Positions 27,752 through 40,700 of a stretch of DNA of 64,000 bases are shown one piece after another. Origin of the DNA: the human T2T-CHM13v2.0 reference genome, Homo sapiens. Under the pieces are notes generated by a model, which made no database searches, was not told the origin of the DNA, and saw only the letters and a program-made list of their open reading frames with translations. The stretch lies in the NCBI RefSeq assembly GCF_009914755.1, contig NC_060926.1. The stretch is one strand, 5' to 3'. How positions within the stretch are numbered: position 1 is the stretch's first letter; every line of letters begins with the position of its first letter. The translations under genes were made by a program, and so were the position numbers.

Positions 27752-28453
27752 ATGTCTGCACTCCGAAGGAAATTTGGGGACGATTATCAGGTAGTGACCA
27801 CATCGTCCAGCGGCTCGGGCTTGCAGCCCCAGGGGCCAGGCCAGGACCCTCAGCAGCAGCTTGTGCCCAAGAAGAAGCGGCAGCGGTTCGTGGACAAGAA
27901 CGGCCGGTGCAATGTACAGCACGGCAACCTGGGCAGCGAGACAAGCCGCTACCTCTCGGACCTCTTCACCACGCTGGTGGACCTCAAGTGGCGCTGGAAC
28001 CTCTTCATCTTCATTCTCACCTACACCGTGGCCTGGCTTTTCATGGCGTCCATGTGGTGGGTGATCGCCTACACTCGGGGCGACCTGAACAAAGCCCACG
28101 TCGGTAACTACACGCCTTGCGTGGCCAATGTCTATAACTTCCCTTCTGCCTTCCTCTTCTTCATCGAGACGGAGGCCACCATCGGCTATGGCTACCGATA
28201 CATCACAGACAAGTGCCCCGAGGGCATCATCCTCTTCCTCTTCCAGTCCATCCTGGGCTCCATCGTGGACGCCTTCCTCATCGGCTGCATGTTCATCAAG
28301 ATGTCCCAGCCCAAGAAGCGCGCCGAGACCCTCATGTTCAGCGAGCACGCGGTGATCTCCATGAGGGACGGAAAACTCACGCTTATGTTCCGGGTGGGCA
28401 ACCTGCGCAACAGCCACATGGTCTCCGCGCAGATTCGCTGCAAGCTGCTCAAA
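27752..28453 (+). CDS. KCNJ3: KCNJ3 (Kir3.1/GIRK1) coding exon 1, aa 1-234: N-terminus, M1, pore loop, M2 and start of the cytoplasmic domain
   Basis: ATG at 27752 gives [15 protein letters not shown]...; Kir motifs [24 protein letters not shown] and selectivity filter TIGYGYR; GIRK1-typical F137, N119 sequon (NYT), C123/C155 and D173. Ends ...RCKLLK at the donor AAA|GTAAGT (28454); 702 nt, phase 0. Confidence 0.99.
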
Positions 28454-31400
28454 GTAAGTGCTCCCCGCCCCTTCCCCACCGGGAGACCTGCGTCCCCCAA
28501 ACCCGCGGAGTAACTCGTCTGAGAACCAGCCCGGGCCCCCTCCCCTGGTTCTACCTATAGCCACAGGTAAACTTCCTTTTGGGGGGTTGGGGGTTGGAGG
28601 ACTGGGCAAAGAATGCGGTTGACAGTTCTGTTCCTTTTCCACTCACTCTCGTGCTCTTGTTTATATTCGTCATTTCGGATCTGCTTGTATCACTTACTGG
28701 ACTAGTAACACGTGAGGACTGCTGTTGGCTCCTGGAGCCATGAGGGCAATTAGTGCCCTGTTCGCCTTCCTGTCCCTGTTGCTTCGCTATTCAGAGCGAT
28801 TTTATTTGTTGTCTACACACTACCCCATTCAATGCGAGGTACTAGAACTCAACTGAACAGCTGTTATTTTGAAGAAATAGGTGCTGAACTTGCCTCAACT
28901 TTCACGATGGGCTTTTCTTATTTTTTTCTTTCCTTTTTTTCCCCCTAATAATATTAGGAGGCGGATTACTCCTCTGGACCCAATGACTTTAACTCTATGG
29001 TCATCTTTTTAACAAACACACAGATACAAGAAGCAGATAATAAAGTGGAAGAAACCACACTTGGTTCTTTTAAATTTTTATTTTTACTAAATATTTTCTT
29101 GGAGAAGTATTCTTTGAAAGCTTGAGTGCTTTTCCTGTAGAGCCTCTTGTTAATTTTATTCTTAATTGCCTGTTTCTGTGAAGCCTTTGTCAATTACAGA
29201 TTTCACTTGAAGCTTTCAGCATCCATTAAAGAAGAATTGCTTCCTACCATCAACGGTGTAAATGCTAAAACAAATTGCACATGGAGTGGTTATTAAAGCA
29301 AGGTCCGTCTAGTCGTTAGAGGGCACCACCACAAACAAGAGAAGTCCTTCTTAATCACTCATCCAATTAGAGTATGGGAAGGAAGGCTTAAAGCCCAGTT
29401 GTTTGTCTCTGTGTGTGATTTACAATTCATTTTTTTCCCTAGAGGGATTTGTCTTAGTAGTTTTCAGATGTCCATAAATTGAAAAAGATGACCTTAAATA
29501 AATAGTTCGTACAATGAAAAATATTTATCTGAGGTTGCGTAGAGAACTGAAGCCAGAGTCTGAATTTAGTATTAATAAAATGAAAATCTGATCAATATTT
29601 GAGATTTTGCCTTTGAAATTTCAATTTCCAATCCACAAGTATATATTGTTTTACACAGCCCCAACTTAATGTTGTAGTTAAAAGGGATCCAATGTGCTTT
29701 TAAAAAGTTTTGCTCTTGTGTCATTTTCATTATTCACTTACAAGATCTTACCATAATTATCCTTGACCAAGTTGCTCAGTAAAGTGTTTAAATTAAAGCA
29801 GTTCACTTGTCCTGTCACATCATATCATATGCATATTTACTGTGCTACATACAGTAAATAAACTACATTTTGTACACCACAGTGGAAAATTATCAACCTG
29901 GTTCTGATGTAAACGTTCATTAACTATGAATAAATAATTTGGGTAGATCATATTCATATATAATTAATTTCAATGAACTGCATACAATTTTTTAAAATTT
30001 AACTTAGTGTATTGTTATTGACCGCTGTTTGAACCAAGCAGTTTGTCAGATCAAGCTGGGCAGTTGTGTTGTAGATATGTTTATTACAATAGTAACTGTA
30101 TGTGTCTTTATCTTTGCATAGACCACAATATAGCACCTGCTTCTTTAGGTTAGGCCTACTAGACAGATAGAAATACTTTGTTAGTATAGTGGCAAGGTTT
30201 CTGTTCAAGCAATCCATGTTTATGTATCACTTTGAGACTTACTGAAGAGTAGTTTACAATATTAACTGATGTAATGGAAATTGACAATTAGACATTAAAG
30301 GTTATTTATAGACATTCTTTAGTTTTTTAAACATTTAAGGTTATTTATTACAGATGTCTTTTCCAGACAACATATTTTTGATGTTTATAGATTTTATTAC
30401 ATTTTATTTCAACAAAGCCAGTCATAATTAGAATTAACCTATATGTTAGTTTTTGTTTATTTTCTTCATACAAAGGTACAATGATTCTGAAGCACTCAGT
30501 CTCTACACTGGTGCAGGGTACTGATAATAATTTTTCTGCCTAAGGAAATGTACCACATATACCATAAAGAGTATCCTAGTTAAAAAGATGAAAGATGTAT
30601 AGTGTCGACAAATTTGGAGCAAGGTGCTATATTAACACAAGGTGATAAAAACATCTAGTTAAAACAATACATATAATATTCTTATAAAGTCTTTTACTTT
30701 TGATTTGTTAGGAAGATGTCAGTGCTAGAAGTAAACACGATTTACCTGTGGCATCAATTTATATTTAAACAAAATTATGGTGAAATTCTCCCCATGGCGA
30801 AGGGAGAGAGTTGATCTGTGAGTAGCTCTTCAACTAGTCAGTTAGCGTAGCTTGTTCAAAGTTAATCTTTCCTGTAGGCATGGTAATTTAAATGAATTGC
30901 TGTAGTTCCTGTTATTCCTTAGACTTCATTAAAAAGGAGTCATGTTTTATTGGGGAAATAATAACATTCAGCAAAATTAGAGGGGAGATTTGCCTTTAAT
31001 AAGTTGCTCTCATTTTCTCTTAAGAACTGAGATTAAGTGACCTAAAACAGTCAACTGTATTTTTAAATAGAAGCTATACCAAAATCTTGGCGTAATAATA
31101 TGTCCCTATCAGTTTTATACATTATTCTGATTAAATATTACACACAATTTCCCCCTTTTAACCTCCATTTAACAATTTAAATGCAAAATTTATGTGTCTT
31201 TAATGCAGAATGTGTAGAATTTTTAAGGCAACAAAATCCAGTATAATATTTAATGCTAGTAACTATAGTGCATGTATTCTTTTCCTACTACCTAATTTAA
31301 TTTACTAATTTTTCTATTACTGTTTTCTTATTTGCTAAATAAAAGCTTCTTTAGATAAATGTAAAACTTCTATTTAATAATTATAAAGCACTTTTTGATT

Positions 31401-32449
31401 CTTGGGGAGACAATAAGAACATGGGCATGGCTTTCTAATGCTTTCTGTTATGAAATTTCTCGTGTATAATAGTTTTTAAATGCCTAACTTTTGATGGAAG
31501 TTTTTTGTAAAACTTATTTGCCTAATTTTTATTATGCTTTTCACTTATTTGAAAGCACATTTTATCTCATCTCTATTCCTGTCTTCCAGCCTTACAAACA
31601 CTAAAATATCTTTCAGTAGTCAAATATAGATCTTTCAACTTTATGCCTGGAGGGGTCAGTCCTTTTTCTACTCATAAAAAGAGAAAGTAGATTACATAAA
31701 AATCAAAGGCTATAGTTTGAAGTTCCTCATTAAAATCTGTGATTGAATTATAAATATAGCTATAGACAGCTCTTTTAAGATGAATATTCTTTCTTCCTCT
31801 TCTCCCCATATTGAATTTTTACTTGAATTTTCCATTTATTTTAGTTATCTTCTTTTCTCTTTTTGTTTTACCCAGAAAATAAGGACTAACTAGTATCATG
31901 GCTATGCTAAGTTAATATGTCATCCAATCGAAAGTTTTTATAAAAATGCCTGGATTAGGGATTTGAGACCAGTAGTTGTAATGTTGAACCCTATAGTTTA
32001 GTGCTGGGTTTAAAGGATTTGGAAGTCTTACTTACCCCTTTCTACCAACCTAATAATAATGGTTGATAGACCTAGGCATACAACTTGTTAGGGCAAGAAT
32101 TAATTACTATTCTTTGATACACTGTTCGAGAAATTACAAATTTATTATCTCAATGCCATCATATATATGGTTATATTCATCCAGTCAGCACACATTTTTT
32201 ACATAAAGTAAACATAAAATAAACTATGGTTGCATTCATATTTTGAAACAAAAAGGTAAGGATTAATTTTCTGGAAGCATAATGTTACTTCTTTATAGTT
32301 CTATTTATTGCCAATAGGCATCCTCTTTCTTTCCTAAGAGGTCAGCTGTGCAATCCTTAACTTTCACTTGTCAAAAGGTAATAGAGTACATTCCTTTCCT
32401 CTTCTAACATCACATATGTTATTTTTGTGCTCACCTTCTTTTATCCTCC

Positions 32450-32485
<36 letters not shown>

Positions 32486-35400
32486 ATACATATCCTCCAT
32501 ATATATATCTATATTCCAAATTGGATGTTGTCTTGTTTCTCCATATGACTATTATCAAGTGCAGATGCAATAAAAAAATGGTGGTCTGAAAGACCATATA
32601 TGTCCTAACATTTTGCTAATCTAACCACAACGATTCCTGAATCACAGGATTCCTGCAGTTTTCTCATATATTTATAGGTTTGCTTTCATTTTATATCTTG
32701 CACTGAAATGTGATTATGTTTTTGACTCAGTATGATCTTAATTTTATAACTGACTCTTCACCAATTGACCGTGGCCAATTTGAACTTTATTTTTAATCAT
32801 GAGACAATTATTTACCTCCCTTTCCAAAAATAAAATCCACAAATGAATGTCTATATTTGTAAAAGCCCTGTTCTGAACATCATCTAAGCCATTAGTAAAA
32901 ATATTCAAGAGGTCTAAAGCTGAGTACCTCAGAATGCTCAGGAGCTAGGTCCTGTATTGGTTGGTGAGTTCTTCAGGTAGATTCATTTTATCCTTAAAAT
33001 TAGCACAGTTCCTATTTAGTCTAGTTTTTCTTTCTCTGACACAAGTATACTAATTCTCTAATAAGTATAGAACTTGGCTTCTAAAAATATATAATTATTA
33101 TTCTTTTTAAAATAGTGGTAATATATTTTGTTTAGTTTTGTTTTTTATTTTTAATATTATTCCTGAAAAGTAAAGGGTGGATTGTGCTCAGGGAATAAAA
33201 AGTGAACAGAAATTAGGGGCATAAAGAGCCATAAATAAACAGCAGTAGGTAAGAACAAATGATAAAGCGAAGCAGGAAAAAGCATTTAATAGATTGGAGG
33301 GTATTTGGCGAGTAGGAGGAAATGTGCAAGTAGGGTTACGAAGCCTGTCCTCAATTATTATAAATGCCACAAAGGCCCTCAAGGAGTTATAAAGCCGCTC
33401 TTTCATTTGAATGGTATGAAAGCCTCACATAATCTATTATAAAATAAATTACATTGCGTTCTGTAAGAAATGTTCTTTTCATAAAATTGAACATATTTTT
33501 GTGGGTTAATTGGCTCAGCATTAAAAATCCTTATTTTGGACTTGACATTGGGTCATAGTTTTTCCATCTGAGTATTCATGGAGTTTCAAGCTTAAGGAGT
33601 CCAAATAAATGTACAATGTAATTGTAGACAATGCCAATAAAATTCTAGGTCTACATTCCCCTCCACCTGACTACTTAAATTTTGGTCTGGGCACCAAAGC
33701 CATTGCCCTAACTGCTTTGGGTCACAAGGTACTTTTGTTCCTGATTCTGGTACCTGCGTTTGGCTCATTTCCCAATGTTAGTTTCCAGATATTACCCTGA
33801 CCTCATTCCATGTAATTTTTTTTATGACTGCAGCATATATTCAGCATGCACACACACACATAAATGCATATTACACGTGTAAAGAGGATAAGTGAAATTA
33901 CAGATAAAATGGTGGGGAGGTGGTAAGCAAGAATGGCTTGCTCTCTCCGTCTTAGCCTCCTTTCCTTTCCTTCCCAGACCACTGGCCCTGTGGGCCCTTT
34001 TCCAGCAAGGACTTGTGAAAGGTGGTTAGGCATGGATCAAACTTTAGAATATGATAGAGGTAAATCTATAGTGTAGGACAGTAGTGATTTAATGTGCTAT
34101 TCAGAATTCCTTAAGCCTCACTCCAAGCTAGGAAAGAACGTAGTTACATATTAGAGAGACGGGAGAGAGAGAGGTAGCTAAGATATGGATTGTACTGGAT
34201 AAATATGTCCTTGACAAATGAATGTGGGCACTTGGCCATATATCCACGAGAAGGAGGGGGGCCAAATGTGGATCCGCTTGTGCCAGGGCAGTGCTAAATG
34301 TATATCCTAGGATCATGTATGTATATGTATGTGTGTGTCTGTCTGTCTTTGAATAAGCACTTAACAGTCGCCCTCTGTAATATGAAGACTGTCGGCAAAA
34401 TACATGACAATGATGATCCCTTCTAGGCACCTGTGACTTTTGATTCTTTTTCCACCTATAGTCAGAATTGTAGTTGATTATCTTATAGGCCTCTTTTGGG
34501 GCTCTAAGGAAGTTCAAAGGCCTTTGACTTGAATTGCTTCTTTGAAATTAGTATAAATGACTATAAAATGTGACACAACCCTTAAATTCTACACATAGAG
34601 CATTTACATATAAGGAAAATGTGAATAATTGAAATATTATTAAATGACATCTGTATTATAAGTAACTTCAAAATTATTGCCACAACCAAAATTGTACAGA
34701 ATTATCAAAAAATACCTAATGTTCACGTTATAATTTTTTGGACAGTTAATTTAAACAATTAATTTATTTAAACAAATTTTAAGCTCTAGATTTCTTCAAT
34801 TTTTATAACTCCCAGAATTTTTTGTAATGCAATCAACAAGATATACTAAAATGGTGGAAAGACCTTTATTTCCTTCCCAAGATTCTATAAAATTGAAAGT
34901 AGAAGTTGTATGGAAGTCATTCTCAACCCAAGGATTTTTTCAAATTATCTTCTAAATTTTTAAGAATTAATCATTTTTATTCACTTTCTTTAAACTTCTT
35001 TTTTACTTTATTTGTTCCACAATTCTTGTGATTCTAAATAATTTTCTTATAAACTAAAAGTCAAACTTAGTAATCAACTTCTTATAAATTTAAATAATTT
35101 ACTGCATAAATCTTAACTTTTAGCGATCGCTTTGAATTTGAAAATAATTTCAATTATTGTTGATCTAGACCATATCAATTTATACATTTGTATCTAGAAA
35201 ACGATCCTGGTTCTATGTTTTCTCGGGAATTAGAAAGTTTATTGAGCTAAAGGAGATAACTGCATCATCAACAAATTGCTCTATCAGTGGAAAGTTTCTT
35301 ATATCATAATGCTTAACATGACACAATGAAGAAAGGTCAAACTGGTTTTTATCTCAAAATATTCTGCTTATTATCAAATATTTCTGAGTGAAATAGGGTA

Positions 35401-38400
35401 GTTAATTGCTAAATAATATGAAACTGATGAAATATCAGTGGTGCCAATTTATTATATACTCAAATTACAGAAGAAAATTGATTTTGTAAAGACACATGCA
35501 TAACTCATCTTTATTTTTCTTTCACTTTCATATACATGTATTTATCACAGTTCCTTGAACAAACATTCAAACTTTCTCTCACTCCTTTTACACAAGTTGA
35601 GATTTAAAACTAACTCATAGGCTTTTTTTTTCCTCCTGCAAATCCCCAGAATTGCACCAGAATTAGGACAGCCTAGATTAGAATTATTTAGAAGCCTAAA
35701 GTAGAATGTATGTGCTTCTGAAAATGTATTTGGTAAGCATGTATAGGTTTTGAGAGCATCAAAAGCATGTGACTGAACACTGCTAAGATAAGTTCGCTGT
35801 AGTCAGAAGCTCAGACTTCAAACAATTGTAGTATTCCAGGCACCTGCCACATTAAAACCACACCCTTCACTTTTGACCTGAGCCAAAGTCTATGGAATTT
35901 CAGTGATTAAGAGGCTCCTCACTCTACTACAAAGTCAAAGAAGGAAAAAAAATCAGGGAGGTGAACATATTAATAGTTGAAATATTTGGTGGCCTAATAT
36001 AAAGGAAGAAGGACCTGGACAATAAAATTGTGAATATGTGTAGCATCTTTGTCATTTAAAGAAAGGTTAAATTATATAGTATCCACTGGATACATACGTA
36101 AAGAATTCAATACATATGTAAAGAATTTCACTTATCTGAAAAATATATGAGCATTGAAAGCATGTTTCCCAAAGTGTCGTATAATAGGAAGACCTGGATA
36201 GGATATCAAGTATTTGAGGTGGGAGGGTGGGGTAGGGTAATTTTGAGTACAGGTGTAATTTTGAGTGTATAGAGCAAATATTTAAAATCAGAAGGTATAT
36301 TAAGTCTCAATGGAACAGATATATGCATATTTAAGCCAAAATTACTTATGTCTGAATAAACTACTTTGGTAAAAATAAAGTATTTCTTATTCCAAGTTGT
36401 CATCCTCCTGATAGCCTGCCTGTTTCTAGGCCACTTATATCCATGGGTTATTAAATGATTAGGGAATACAAAATTTAATAGCTTACTCTAAAGCCTTTTA
36501 GAATGAGGCACAGGTATAAATAACAAATGTATGAAAAAGGAAGACAAATTTTAATATTTGTGTACATATATAATACTTGGGAAAATATATCTTCTTTGGG
36601 GAAAATTATTTTAGAATAAATGGGAGATTTAGTTTCTAAAAGAATTATTATTGTCAACAATGCCATGTAGTTCAGGAAAAGCAGAACTTAGAATGGTCAG
36701 CAAAAAGACCCAAATTAATTATACACATCAGAATACCACCTTGTGTTTATATAGCACCTGTTTCTTAGTAGGTGAGAGAACAATGACACAAGGTTTTTGT
36801 TTTTGTTGCTTTAATTTTGTTTTGTGTCCGGCATTTATTTTGTTGTATTAATCAATACTTGTTATACAACCATGTAGTTGGAAAGATGTTGGTCTCATTT
36901 ATGTTTTACTAATTTGAGAATAGATTTAGAAATACAGGTCACTCAAGAAAGTTCTTTTGGGAGCTTTTTCATGCTGTCTTGGAAACGCCTAGTTTTCTCC
37001 AACATTGGTTGCTAGAGCTGCTGTTTTAATTTTTGCACCATCAGATTTTTCAGTGGGCTCTTTTATTTGTTTGTCAGTAATCATTTTTTTCATAGCCTTC
37101 TTTTTTCAGCCACACACAAGTTAGAGAAGAAAAATAGTCTCCCTTTCATTAGGATTTTGTCTACACAAATAATATCCGTGAATATTTCTAACTGCAAAGT
37201 AGCCTCTCTAGTTGACTAATTCTCCTGTTGAAACTCTTTGCAACAATTGCTGCCATAATGAAGCACCACCGATTTGGAACCCTTCATTCTGTTTTGCCAC
37301 AAAGGACATGTTGCTAAGCCACATTTCTCAGTGTTTTCAGACTCACTTACTCCACATAAAAAGCCAATGTATTTTTTTTGGAACTCTGAGAGTAAGAATT
37401 TTGTCTTCAAACTATCACTTCATTGGGCAGACCAGTCTTACAGATTGTTTTGTTATTACATTTGTTTTACATGGAATCTGTTAGAATACAATGGATTCAT
37501 CAGTCCTATTTGACCAGCAGTATGCTCCACCTTCCCCCCATTTTTTTCTGTATTTAATTCCTAACTACCTAGCCCTTATTTTACCCCATAATTACATAAA
37601 TTAAATGTATATGTTTGCTTGTGCATGATTATTATATGTGACCGATATGGAAAATAAAGATAAAAGGAAATAAGTAATTTTACTCTCATGGTTTGCTAAT
37701 TTTTAATAGTCATATTAAATTTTCTCATAGAACCCTAGCATGCAAGCAATTTACTTAATTAAGCTTTAGAGTGATTTATACCGAAACTGAATGCCACTAC
37801 CTTAGAAACCTTTTATTAAACTATGTTTCTCAGGTATAGCTTTTTGAAATTGCATTTTGATTAAAGAAAGTTCAGTTTAGTTCAGTTTTTCACTGTTTTA
37901 AAACTCATGAAATGACAGAGAAGCAAATATTTATAATGCAGTTTATTATTAGGAGTTTGAAAACCATTAGCTAACAACATCTGCCATTTATTTTTATTAT
38001 GTAAGCTCTTGTGTACATAACATAGCTTAATATGGGAACATCTTCACTCTTCTATTCCATTTTATATGTGTTTGTTACTTTTCGAAAGTCTGAAAAATAA
38101 ATTGTTGTGTTTTGCTTTTTAGTAATCAGTAAATCTCTTTCAAAATGATGGTCAATCTTTGTCAGCTTTAACACACTCCATAAGAATTGCCTACTTATTT
38201 ATTTGCTGTGTTGAGAAAAAAAATATCTGGCATGCAATGAGTTATCCTGCAGTGATTGCTGTCAAGCAGCAGCACATGCACACTCAGTTCCACAGTTTGT
38301 GCTAACAACCATTGTTGGACCAGGCATTTCTCCAAAGCTCATGAGTTAGGGAATGGTAATTATAGCAAGTTGTGTATTATAAATAATGCATGTATGTTCC

Positions 38401-38581
38401 GCATGAGCTATGTGGGATTTCGGCCCATTTGCTAGAACATAGTTGCATAATGATTTGTTTGGATTTTGTTGCAGATGATTGATAGTGCAGAATGTTGGCA
38501 ATGATGTAAATTACTGTTGGGCTGCCTTGAAATTTTCAGTACAAGTGGTGATTTCTTCTCTTTTTCTGTGTGCTTGTCTAG
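28454..38581 (+). other. KCNJ3: KCNJ3 intron between coding exons 1 and 2 (GT-AG, 10,128 nt)
   Basis: GTAAGT...TTTTTCTGTGTGCTTGTCTAG; joining the flanks preserves the frame KLLK/SRQT. Confidence 0.96.
32449..32508. repeat. (AT)n(GT)13 compound microsatellite in intron 1
   Basis: Direct reading. Confidence 0.93.
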
Positions 38582-38798
38582 TCTCGGCAGACACCTGAGG
38601 GTGAGTTCCTTCCCCTTGACCAACTTGAACTGGATGTAGGTTTTAGTACAGGGGCAGATCAACTTTTTCTTGTGTCCCCCCTCACAATTTGCCACGTGAT
38701 CGATGCCAAAAGCCCCTTTTATGACCTATCCCAGCGAAGCATGCAAACTGAACAGTTCGAGATTGTCGTCATCCTAGAAGGCATTGTGGAAACAACTG
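38582..38798 (+). CDS. KCNJ3: KCNJ3 coding exon 2 (217 nt, aa 235-307), cytoplasmic domain
   Basis: Polypyrimidine tract and TAG acceptor (38579-38581). Continues exon 1 in frame: [72 protein letters not shown](G), with Kir motifs TPEGE and FEIVVILEG. Donor CTG|GTGAGT at 38799. Missing from the ORF track because it has no start codon. Confidence 0.98.
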
Positions 38799-40559
38799 GT
38801 GAGTAAAAACAGATATGCCATAAAGTTTCTTTATACCATAATGACATTATATGATATGCACAATACCTGTCATGAATTGGGCGAAATGACTCAGAGTTTA
38901 CAATAATGAAAGTAATGATTTGCCTTTCATTTCTTTGTAACATTAAATTGATACCATTTTGAAAATTAAAATGTACTGTTTTGATGGTTACATAGATAAT
39001 ATTAACTCTGGAACACTCACTGTAAAAAAAAAGTGGGATGACTTCTTATAAATGATTATGATGTTCTATTATAATTACAAACTTGACTTTCTTATAATCA
39101 TGATTTTTCTTTAAAGATTTAAGGCTCAAAAAAGTAGGGTAATTATTGAGCAGCCTGAAATCAGCATGCATATTCTGGCCTTGGGGATGGTGATTTGGGG
39201 TGTCATTGATAGAGCTTTGATATCCACTATGTGCAACCTCAGTGGAAAATTCCCTGTGTGTGTGTCTGTGTGTGCTGTGTGTGCTAAAGCAGCATTTTAA
39301 TATCGAAGTGGGTCAGCGGATTTCCCCAGCTGAACCTTGACCAAAATTTCATTTCAAAAAGATATTTTTTTCTTTTTCTGCTCCTGTATAGCTATGTGCT
39401 ATATGTTTCTCCTTAACATCCAATATAACTTGGTATGCCCCAAATACTATTTGCTATTTTCTGAGGACAGTTAAGTTGACAAAGGAAATAAACAATAGTT
39501 ATGAGCATATTATTTGGGGCCTACACATTGCTTAGTTTGGAAGCTACTGGATGTTTGAGATTAATAATGTAGTTTCCATATAATTGTATGTATACGTATA
39601 TGTGTGTGTGTGTATGTGTATGTGTGTATTTTGAGTTCTATGCTTTCTACAAGTACTGAGAAGACAATAAATATTTTAGCTTTTAATTGTTTTCTACCAC
39701 TATCATCTGAATTATATAATACTAATGATTATGTATAAACTATAGCAATATAGAAATTAGCACTGGCAATACTACAGATAAATTCAAGCTTTATACCAAG
39801 GTGGAAGATCCTCAATTATGTAACAGTCAGTATTGTCCAAGTAATAGAGGGAGGCTAGTCATTGTAATTTTAGCATGTCTGTCACATAACACCTATCTGA
39901 AATTTACGCAAGATATCTACTCTCTTAAAGCTTCTTTTCCTTCTCTTCAAAGTGAGGATGATATAATAACCACCTCAAAGCTGCTTGTAGTATTTTAAAC
40001 TGAAGCACTATTATTAGTTACTGAAGCACTATTATTATTACGATTTTAAGGGCAGTGAAAAAAGATTTAATGTATTAATCTATATATGAAATTTTATTTC
40101 TGCATACTATTTTATGATTTAAAGCTCCCATTCATTTTTTCAACTTATAATTGAAATATCATAGTATTTTTTAAAATACCATATATTGATAAAAAGTATA
40201 ACCAATATATAAAGGCTCGTAGTCCAAGAAATCTTTACATTTCCATTTTTACTCATCTCATTTATTAAAGTAGTAATGTATTAGGGCTTAAAAACAGATG
40301 TTGCCATTTTTATTGGTTTATTTCTTATGGCATATGGTTCTTTCTTTCATACATCTGCTTATAGTTTACCAATTGCTTATTATTATTCTCATCACTGACA
40401 TTAATGCATTTTTGCTTCACTTGACAGCCTTAAAAATGTTTTATTAGATCTATCTATCTACTTATCTATCTAGCTACCCGTTCATTCATTTCTGTTTTTC
40501 CCTAAATACTGAATATATTTGTTAGGAGTGAATGCGTTTTTCTATAAAATCACGGTCTG

Positions 40560-40700
40560 AAGATGTTATAGTTCTTCAACATTATTTTGTGTTTCTTAAC
40601 CTTAATATACTTGAAAAATTAGGCCGGGTATTTTGTAGAATATCTCTCAATTTGGAAATGTCTGCAGTATCCTTATTCATTATTTTGATTTTTGGCCCCT
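40560..40700 (-). mobile_element. Old L1 (L1MC/MD) 3' UTR fragment
   Basis: AGGCCGGGTATTTTGTAGAATATCTCTCAATTTGG...TGTCTG matches the typical antisense L1MC 3' UTR motif. Confidence 0.55.

Larger units (their letters stand above)
26400..28560. promoter_or_regulatory. CpG island spanning the KCNJ3 promoter and exon 1
   Basis: Abrupt switch from AT-rich, CpG-poor DNA to GC-rich, CpG-dense sequence surrounding the start codon. Confidence 0.92.

Noticed and set aside
27311-28513. 400-aa ORF taken as the complete protein
   Set aside because: Starts at TTG and runs through the exon 1 donor; the true CDS starts at ATG 27752 and is spliced.
27686-28642. 318-aa antisense ORF over KCNJ3 exon 1
   Set aside because: Shadow of a GC3-rich coding exon; no recognisable domain.
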